From an uncultured Chloroflexia bacterium (lineage in GTDB: Bacteria > Chloroflexota > Limnocylindria > Limnocylindrales > CSP1-4), in contig CAVVCZ010000001.1 in assembly GCA_963746845.1 (NCBI GenBank), forward strand, positions 32,001 to 96,000: a stretch of 64,000 nucleotides of DNA. The letters run 5' to 3'. Within the stretch, counting starts at the first letter, position 1. Each line of letters starts with the position of its first letter. A model generated the notes under the pieces. That model did not search any database. It was not told the DNA's origin and worked only from the letters and a program-made list of their open reading frames with translations. Positions 57,178 to 64,000 of this stretch are shown piece by piece. The translations under genes were made by a program, and so were the position numbers.

Positions 57178-58376
57178 CAGGCCCGGACCTCGTCGCGGCG
57201 GACGAGCAGCCGCTGGATCGGCTCGTCGACCGAGCCCCACTCGTACTTGTACGGCTCGTCGCCGCGGAGGAAGTCGAACCGCTTCGCACCCGACTCGAGG
57301 GCGGCCTGGACGTAGCGCGCGGCGAGGACGACGCCCGGCGACAGGTCGCGGGCGTCCGGATCGATCCCGGCGTTATAGAACATCCAGGTGTCCGGCGTCT
57401 CGACGTGGATCCCGGCGGCGATCCGCCGGTCGTCCAGGGTCAGGAACGACAGCCGGATCGGTCCGGTTCTTCCGCACTCCTCGAAGACACGCCGGATGAA
57501 CACGCGCGAGTTGGCGCCGCCCGGCGTCGGCGGGAAGAGGCCGTCCGGGCCCCACCGTCGCTGGTGGAGGTCGATGAACGCCTCGAGGTCCGCGAGCGGG
57601 TCGTCGGAGACGGTCAGGCGGAGGGCTCCGGCGGCCTCGGCCCGCCGGACCTTGCGGCGGATCTCGTGGCGGGCCTTCTTGTCGAGCGTGGCGAGGTAGT
57701 CGTCGAACGAGGCGCCCGCGGGGAATGTCACGACCGGGCAGACGTCCTCGCGCTCGAGGTTCAGCGTCCAGCGCTCGCGGATCTCCCGGGCACCGAACGC
57801 GGCGGCCAGCGCGTCAACGGTCGGGTCGCCGCACCGGAGCCGGCGGAGGTCGACGACGTCCCACGGCGTCGGGTGGTCGGGGTCGACGACGGAACCGGCC
57901 GCGGCGAGGTGGTCGACGACCGCGTCGGCGACGGCCGGCAGGTCGTCCGGCGCGGCGAGGATCGTCGCGTAGTCGGCGTGGTAGGAGGCACCGAAGAAGA
58001 CGGCCTTCGCGCTTGCCGGCACGGGCGTGAGCGCCGCCTCGTCGCCGTGGCGGATCTTCGTCGCGGCGACCGCGTCGGTCGGCTCGACCTCGTGTCGATG
58101 CATCAGCGGGACGATCGCGATCGGCTCGTCCGAGGGCGACATGGCCGCTCCGGCGACGCCGAACCCCTCGCACACGATCAGGGTCTGGTCGTGGGCGCCG
58201 GCGCCGTACGCGTCCCACCACGCGCGCTGGAACGCCCAGCCGCTGAACGGCGTGGCCCACGGGTTCGCGGCGGCCAGTCGGTCCCACGTGTGGCGCGGGA
58301 TGTCGTCGAACGCGGCCCGGGCGACGCGGAGGTCGCGCCGGGTGCCTGTCGTGGTCGTCGAATTCGACCGCGTCAT
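57177..58376 (-). CDS. GNAT-family acyltransferase (CelD/BcsL-like)
   Basis: ATPF....F..AWW, ADY, RHEIRRK.RR, LSPG and FDFLRGDEPYKY.W. Confidence 0.88.
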   Translation of the reverse strand: MTRSNSTTTTGTRRDLRVARAAFDDIPRHTWDRLAAANPWATPFSGWAFQRAWWDAYGAGAHDQTLIVCEGFGVAGAAMSPSDEPIAIVPLMHRHEVEPTDAVAATKIRHGDEAALTPVPASAKAVFFGASYHADYATILAAPDDLPAVADAVVDHLAAAGSVVDPDHPTPWDVVDLRRLRCGDPTVDALAAAFGAREIRERWTLNLEREDVCPVVTFPAGASFDDYLATLDKKARHEIRRKVRRAEAAGALRLTVSDDPLADLEAFIDLHQRRWGPDGLFPPTPGGANSRVFIRRVFEECGRTGPIRLSFLTLDDRRIAAGIHVETPDTWMFYNAGIDPDARDLSPGVVLAARYVQAALESGAKRFDFLRGDEPYKYEWGSVDEPIQRLLVRRDEVRA

Positions 58377-58568
58377 CAGTGGTGGTGGGCCCCCGGGCGT
58401 CGGACGAGCCCGGACAGGCAGGCTCCGCGTCGGGAGCGAGCGTCGTCACACGGCCGAGGATATCACCGGGCCTCGGAAGGTGATTGAGCAGGCAACGGCC
58501 TGCGGAACGCCGAGTGTCGGTTGGCGCCGCCTGCCGCCGCTCGCCGTTGCCAGGCGGCCACCGCCGTC

Positions 58569-58637
58569 GCCGGATTCCCATCTCGCGAACACGCTCCACG
58601 AAGTCCCCGCCGGGCGTGCGCGTGATGGGAATCCGGC
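58569..58637. repeat. REP-like palindrome in intergenic gap
   Basis: GCCGGATTCCCATC ... GATGGGAATCCGGC perfect 14-bp arms with further inner pairing. Confidence 0.55.
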
Positions 58638-58976
58638 AACCGGCCGGCGGTGCGGAACCTGAATCCGAGCGTGCCGTCCGACACGCCGTCTGTCCCCGGG
58701 TCTCGGCGTGTTCACCGGGCGAGAATCCCGCAGACGGATCCGCGTGGCACGAGCGGGCGATGGCCCGATCGGGGGATCGACGCGGGCGGGGGCGATGGTA
58801 TGGTCCGGACCGCCTGATCCACGCCCGGAGACCCAGCCACGAGCTCCGACATCCGCCTTCCGTTCGCCCGCCCGAACACCACCGCCCGCGCGCCGGAGAC
58901 CGGCGACGCCGCCGCATCGCGCCACCGGAACGCCGCCGCCAGGTGGCTGCCGACCTTTGTCCTCGGCCTGATCGGG

Positions 58977-59861
58977 GTGGCCTTTGCGATCGCCTTCTTC
59001 GTCAGCCGCGTCGCACCGGTCGACACCCTGCACTACTTCCAGACCGGCCAGATGGACCACTTCTACGGCACGGTCTGGGGGAGCGGCGAGGGGGCGGAGG
59101 CGTGGTACGTCTACCCGCCCCCGTTCGCCTACCTCGTCAAGGCCTTGTCGATCGGTGGCTGGGGCGAGTGGATCGTCGTCTGGACGGTCCTCCTCGCGGT
59201 CAGCTTCTCGGTCATCCGCTGGATCGGCGTCGCCGCGGTCGTCGTCGGGTTCGCCGCGCGGATCTTCCTCGACAACTTCAAGCCGATCTCCGAGCCGGCC
59301 AACCACCTGACGATCGGGAACCTCCAGCCCCTGATCCTCGCCACGGTCGTCCTCGGGCTGCGTTATCCGGCGATGTGGGCGATCCCCCTTCTCACGAAGA
59401 TCGGCCCCGGGATCGGGATCCTGTGGTTCGTCGTCCGCCGCGACTGGCGGAGCCTCGGCATCGCGCTCGGGGTGACGGCGGCGATCGCGGGCGTCAGCTT
59501 CGTGATCGACCCGGGATCGTGGGGCGATTGGGTCCGGTTCATGCTCGCGAACGTCTCGACGCCGAGCCCGGTCCCGGTCGTGCCGATCCCCGCCTGGGTC
59601 CGGTTCCCGATCGCGATCGCGCTGATCGTCTGGGGCGCCCGGACGGACCGGGCGTGGACGGTCCCGATCGCGTGCGGGATCGCCTCGTTCGCGCTCTACG
59701 AGTGGTCCTACCTGACGATCTGGCTCGGCGTGTTTGCGTTCGTCGGACCCTGGGCGCCACGGGATCCCGACGGGCGACCGAGCCTGGCCGGCCCGCGGCT
59801 GAAGGGCCGGCCGGCGCCGGCACCAGCGCCGGCGTCCGCGTCCGCGTCCGCGGCGAGCTGA
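58977..59861 (+). CDS. GT87/DUF2029-like membrane glycosyltransferase (5' end uncertain)
   Basis: YVYPPPFA, GNLQ and TKIGPG; frame stays open back to 58818. Confidence 0.72.
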   Translation: MAFAIAFFVSRVAPVDTLHYFQTGQMDHFYGTVWGSGEGAEAWYVYPPPFAYLVKALSIGGWGEWIVVWTVLLAVSFSVIRWIGVAAVVVGFAARIFLDNFKPISEPANHLTIGNLQPLILATVVLGLRYPAMWAIPLLTKIGPGIGILWFVVRRDWRSLGIALGVTAAIAGVSFVIDPGSWGDWVRFMLANVSTPSPVPVVPIPAWVRFPIAIALIVWGARTDRAWTVPIACGIASFALYEWSYLTIWLGVFAFVGPWAPRDPDGRPSLAGPRLKGRPAPAPAPASASASAAS

Positions 59862-59864
59862 TCC

Positions 59865-62800
59865 CTACCGCGCCCGGGCGTTCGACTCCGCAGACAAGGG
59901 CCCCGTCCCGACGGCATTGACCGCGGCGACCTTGTAGTAGTAGCGCGTGCCCGCGGTCGTCGCGGTATCCGTGTAGGTCGTGACGACGCCGACCGCGACG
60001 AGGAACGTCTCGGTTCCGCTCGATGTGCTCCGGTAGATGCGATAGCCGCTGATCGCGGCGCCACCCGTCGACGTCGGGGCCAGCCAGGTCAGCCTGACGC
60101 CCTTTGTCGTGGCGGTGCTCGCGCTCAGGCTCCGCGGTGCCGTCGGGACCGTTGCCGGTCGAGCCGACACCTCGGTCGACCGTGGGCTCTCACCGACCGC
60201 GTTGACCGCGGTGACCTGGTAGTAGTACGTCGTCCCGTTGGTCAACCCGGCGTCCGCGAAGGTCGTCGTTCCGGCACCCAGCGTCGTCCGCAGCGTCTCG
60301 CCCCCGGAGGCGATGCCCCGGTAGACGCGATAGCCGGTGATCGGGCTGCCGCCGGTGCTGGCCGGGGCGACCCAGGTCAGCCCGACCTGGCCGTTGCCGG
60401 GGGTGGCGACAAGACCGGTCGGGGCACCGGGCGCGGTCGGTGGCGGGGGCGGCGCGACCGGGGTCGCGCTGGCGGGGGCCGACGCCGGACCCGGTCCGAC
60501 CGCGTTGGCGGCGACGACGGTGAACGTGTAGGGCGTGCCGCTGGTCAGGCCGGTGACCGTGCAGTTGAAGGTCGAGCCGCCGGCCGTGCAGGTCGCGCCG
60601 CCCGGGCTGGCGGTCGCGGTGTAGCCGGTGATCGGGCTGCCGCCGGTGCTGGCCGGGGCGACCCAGGTCAGCCCGACCTGGCCGTTGCCGGGGGTGGCGA
60701 CAAGACCGGTCGGGGCACCGGGCGCGGTCGGTGGCGGGGGCGGCGCGACCGGGGTCGCGCTGGCGGGGGCCGACGCCGGACCCGGTCCGACCGCGTTGGC
60801 GGCGACGACGGTGAACGTGTAGGGCGTGCCGCTGGTCAGGCCGGTGACCGTGCAGTTGAAGGTCGAGCCGCCGGCCGTGCAGGTCGCGCCGCCCGGGCTG
60901 GCGGTCGCGGTGTAGCCGGTGATCGGGCTGCCGCCGGTGCTGGCCGGGGCGACCCAGGTCAGCCCGACCTGGCCGTTGCCGGGGGTGGCGACAAGACCGG
61001 TCGGGGCACCGGGCGCGGTCGGTGGCGGGGGCGGCGCGACCGGGGTCGCGCTGGCGGGGGCCGACGCCGGACCCGGTCCGACCGCGTTGGCGGCGACGAC
61101 GGTGAACGTGTAGGGCGTGCCGTTGGTCAGGCCGGTGACCGTGCAGTTGAAGGTCGAGCCGCCGGCCGTGCAGGTCGCGCCGCCCGGGCTGGCGGTCGCG
61201 GTGTAGCCGGTGATCGGGCTGCCGCCGGTGCTGGCCGGGGCGACCCAGGTCAGCCCGACCTGGCCGTTGCCGGGGGTGGCGACAAGACCGGTCGGGGCAC
61301 CGGGCGCGGTCGGAGGCGGCGGCGGTGGGGGTGGCGTGGAGCCATCGCCGAGGAACAGGCCGGCGAGCACGGCGGTGTTGCCGGCGGTCTTGTCGGCGGT
61401 GATCGTGACGGTGCCGCCGGCGGCGACGTTGATCGGGGCGTGGATCCAGGCTCCCTGGACGTACGCGGTCCCGAGCTGGGCGGTCTGCGCTCCGTGGCCG
61501 TCGTTGATCGTGACGTTCTGGAAGCGGTTGCCGCCGTACGCGTCCCAGTCGAGGGCGTACAGGTGGAGGGTGCCGGTGTAGGCGTTGGCGAACGTCAGGT
61601 GGAGACGGAGCGAGCTCGTGTCGTACCAGGTCATCGACCGTCGCTCGGTCATCGTCGGGCTCTGGAGGGCCCGGACCTCGGTCGTCGTCGCGGCCCACAC
61701 GTAGCGGCCGCCCTGGTCGAGGCTGAAGGTCACCCCGGCCGGGAGGCTCGAGAGGTCGGCGTTGTTGCCGGTCCAGTTGGCGAGGACATAGCCGTCGTGG
61801 CCATACGTCCCGACCCAGTTGCCCTGGACCCCGGGGCTGTCGACGGGGAGTGGCGGCGGGGGCGGCGGCGGAAGGGCACCGGGACCGCCGAGCAGGAGGC
61901 CGGCCAGCACGGCATTGCTCGCCGTCCGGTCGACGGTGATGACGACCGAGCCGCCGGCTCCCACGGCAAACGGTGCATGGACCCAGGCCCCCTGGACATA
62001 CGAGCCAGCCGCGAGCGAAGCCGTCCGACGGCCGGCGCCGTCGTCGATGCTCACATCCTCCCCGCGCGGTCCGTAGGCGTCCCAGTCGAGGGCATACAGG
62101 TGGAGCGTGCCGGTGTAGGCAGCGGCGAAGGTCAGCCGGATCCGGATCTGGTTGGCGTCGTACCAGGTCAGCGACTTCCGGCCGTTGCCGCTCGGATCGC
62201 GTAGCGCTCGCACGTCGGTCGTCGAGGCCGCCCACGTGTATCGCGCACCCTGCTCGAGGCTGTAGGTCACCCCCGCAGGCAGGCTCACGAGGTCGTTGCT
62301 GCCGTTCCAGTTCGCGAAGACGTAGCCGTCCGCGCCGTAGGTGCCGAGCCAGTTGCCCTGGACCCCGGGCAGGTCGACCGTCGGCGCCGGCGGCGGAGGC
62401 GGCGGGGGAGGTGGCAACGGTCCCGCGCCGCCGAGGAACAGGCCGGCGAGCACGGCGGTGTTGCCGGCGGTCTTGTCGGCGGTGATCGTGACGGTGCCGC
62501 CGGCGGCGACGTTGATCGGGGCGTGGATCCAGGCTCCCTGGACGTACGCGGTCCCGAGCTGGGCGGTCTGCGCTCCGTGGCCGTCGTTGATCGTGACGTT
62601 CTGGAAGCGGTTGCCGCCGTACGCGTCCCAGTCGAGGGCGTACAGGTGGAGGGTGCCGGTGTAGGCGTTGGCGAACGTCAGGTGGAGACGGAGCGAGCTC
62701 GTGTCGTACCAGGTCATCGACCGTCGCTCGGTCATCGTCGGGCTCTGGAGGGCCCGGACCTCGGTCGTCGTCGCGGCCCACACGTAGCGGCCGCCCTGGT

Positions 62801-64000
62801 CGAGGCTGAAGGTCACCCCGGCCGGGAGGCTCGAGAGGTCGGCGTTGTTGCCGGTCCAGTTGGCGAGGACATAGCCGTCGTGGCCATACGTCCCGACCCA
62901 GTTGCCCTGGGCGTTCGCGGCCGTGCGGACACTGACGGTGTGGCTCCGGGTCTGCCCGGCGGTGTCCGTCGCGGTCGCCGTGAACGTGTAGGCGCCGCCG
63001 TCGACGCTGTTCGCATCCCATGGCATCGTCCAGCCGTTCGAGCCGTCCGTGTCGCTTGCGGCGAGCCGGCCGTTGACGAAGAAGTCCACCTTCGCGACGC
63101 CGACGTCGTCGGTGGCCGTCGCGGTCACGACGATCGGTCCGGAGACGGTGGCGCCGTCGAGGGGCGCGGTGATCTGGACGGTCGGCCGTCGGTCGCCCGG
63201 GTTCCCGCCGCTGACGGCGTTGAGCGCGTTGACGAGCGGCTCCGCGACGCCGTCCCGATCGTTGCCCCACTGCCCCTTGCCGACGCAGTCGCCGCTCCCG
63301 TTGGCGTCGGCGAACGCTCCGTTCGGACACTGCCCGGTCGACTTCAAGCGATCTCTCACGTCGGCGGGGGTCAGGTTGGGGAACGCTGCCAGCAGCAGCG
63401 CGGCGACGCCGGCCACGTGGGGCGAGGCCATGCTCGTGCCCATCTCGGTGGCGTAGCCGCCGCCGGTCCAGTCGGAGGTGATCTGGGTCCCGGGGGCCGT
63501 CACGTCGATCCGGGTCCCGAAGTTGCTGAACTCGGCGAGGGTGTCGTCGCAGTAGAAGAAGAACAGCCAGCAGCCGCCGAGCCCGCCGGGTTCGCCGTCG
63601 AGATCCGTGACCGCCGAAACGGCGATGACCTCGGGGAACGCCGCCGGGATGAACCCGGACACGTCCACGGTCGAGTTGCCCGCGGCCGCCACGTACGTGA
63701 CCCCGGCCGCGACCGACTTGCAGATCGCCTCGCGCACACCGCCGTCGGTGCACGTCCCGATCGTCCCGACGTCGCCGAGGCTCATGTTCGCGACGCGGAT
63801 GTCGTTCGTCGGGTCGTTGTCGGTCGCATACGCGGTCAGGGTGTCGATCGCGCAGATGAGGTTCGACCATTCGCCCGAGCCGCTGTCGTCGAGCACCTTG
63901 AACGGGACGAGGCGGGCGTGCGGCGCGACGCCGACGACCCCGAGGCCGTTGTCGGCCGCGGCGATGATGCCGGCGACATGGGTCCCGTGGCCGTGGCCGT
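59865..64000 (-). CDS. Large secreted S8 (subtilisin-like) protease with Ig-like, three unnamed beta-rich repeats and FN3 domains (5' end outside window)
   Basis: HGTHVAG at the window edge, AAAGN and GTSMASPHVAG; Big-like ATATDDVGV; five FN3-type domains. Confidence 0.93.
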   Translation of the reverse strand, partial: GHGHGTHVAGIIAAADNGLGVVGVAPHARLVPFKVLDDSGSGEWSNLICAIDTLTAYATDNDPTNDIRVANMSLGDVGTIGTCTDGGVREAICKSVAAGVTYVAAAGNSTVDVSGFIPAAFPEVIAVSAVTDLDGEPGGLGGCWLFFFYCDDTLAEFSNFGTRIDVTAPGTQITSDWTGGGYATEMGTSMASPHVAGVAALLLAAFPNLTPADVRDRLKSTGQCPNGAFADANGSGDCVGKGQWGNDRDGVAEPLVNALNAVSGGNPGDRRPTVQITAPLDGATVSGPIVVTATATDDVGVAKVDFFVNGRLAASDTDGSNGWTMPWDANSVDGGAYTFTATATDTAGQTRSHTVSVRTAANAQGNWVGTYGHDGYVLANWTGNNADLSSLPAGVTFSLDQGGRYVWAATTTEVRALQSPTMTERRSMTWYDTSSLRLHLTFANAYTGTLHLYALDWDAYGGNRFQNVTINDGHGAQTAQLGTAYVQGAWIHAPINVAAGGTVTITADKTAGNTAVLAGLFLGGAGPLPPPPPPPPPAPTVDLPGVQGNWLGTYGADGYVFANWNGSNDLVSLPAGVTYSLEQGARYTWAASTTDVRALRDPSGNGRKSLTWYDANQIRIRLTFAAAYTGTLHLYALDWDAYGPRGEDVSIDDGAGRRTASLAAGSYVQGAWVHAPFAVGAGGSVVITVDRTASNAVLAGLLLGGPGALPPPPPPPLPVDSPGVQGNWVGTYGHDGYVLANWTGNNADLSSLPAGVTFSLDQGGRYVWAATTTEVRALQSPTMTERRSMTWYDTSSLRLHLTFANAYTGTLHLYALDWDAYGGNRFQNVTINDGHGAQTAQLGTAYVQGAWIHAPINVAAGGTVTITADKTAGNTAVLAGLFLGDGSTPPPPPPPPTAPGAPTGLVATPGNGQVGLTWVAPASTGGSPITGYTATASPGGATCTAGGSTFNCTVTGLTNGTPYTFTVVAANAVGPGPASAPASATPVAPPPPPTAPGAPTGLVATPGNGQVGLTWVAPASTGGSPITGYTATASPGGATCTAGGSTFNCTVTGLTSGTPYTFTVVAANAVGPGPASAPASATPVAPPPPPTAPGAPTGLVATPGNGQVGLTWVAPASTGGSPITGYTATASPGGATCTAGGSTFNCTVTGLTSGTPYTFTVVAANAVGPGPASAPASATPVAPPPPPTAPGAPTGLVATPGNGQVGLTWVAPASTGGSPITGYRVYRGIASGGETLRTTLGAGTTTFADAGLTNGTTYYYQVTAVNAVGESPRSTEVSARPATVPTAPRSLSASTATTKGVRLTWLAPTSTGGAAISGYRIYRSTSSGTETFLVAVGVVTTYTDTATTAGTRYYYKVAAVNAVGTGPLSAESNARAR
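60331..61313 (-). repeat. 291-bp near-identical tandem repeat (FN3 units, about 3.4 copies)
   Basis: Same sequence recurs at 60331, 60622, 60913 and 61204; only one substitution noticed (Asn/Ser codon near 61123). Confidence 0.95.
61346..62910 (-). repeat. Direct repeat 61346-61827 = 62429-62910 flanking a diverged middle copy
   Basis: Identical protein blocks QGNWVGTYG...AVLAGLFLG, offset 1083 bp. Confidence 0.92.

Overview
High-GC bacterial chromosomal window, most consistent with a monoderm Chloroflexota (Limnocylindria-like) genome. This is an inference from Gram-positive-type GAAC-N4-GTTC LexA boxes, many Pro/Ser-rich lipoproteins and leaderless-type promoters. Gene order: tdh 3' end, kbl, PHP phosphatase and MBL hydrolase; a PSET-repeat surface protein; argS; a dispersed THF-dependent histidine-utilisation set (hutI, ftcD, hutU, hutH, cyclodeaminase, folD, fhs) interleaved with MFS, GNAT, VOC and DedA genes; an SOS/replication block (small DUF6504-like gene with two SOS boxes, dinB, rplI, lexA, dnaB); a signalling locus; pcm; a ~18 kb cell-surface glycosylation cluster rich in GT-C/GT87-type membrane glycosyltransferases; and the 3' part of a large S8 protease with FN3 and unnamed repeats. 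The most interesting region is 31.9-39.5 kb. It runs: MalT-like ATPase-TPR-BTAD regulator, sigma70 promoter, c-di-GMP-II riboswitch with terminator/antiterminator, two unannotated micro-ORFs (MEPQSVIKSW; MKNRLVRLFTAAGAVAAMAIAGGASLKGF), a membrane-sensor HD-GYP phosphodiesterase (two frameshifts) and a DUF5317-MFS fusion. The sensor domains and peptides lie in a compositionally distinct, lower-GC segment bounded by conserved catalytic domains, resembling the hypervariable core of agr-type peptide signalling. This suggests an undescribed peptide-signalling/c-di-GMP circuit. No CRISPR array, rRNA, tRNA or transposase was recognised.
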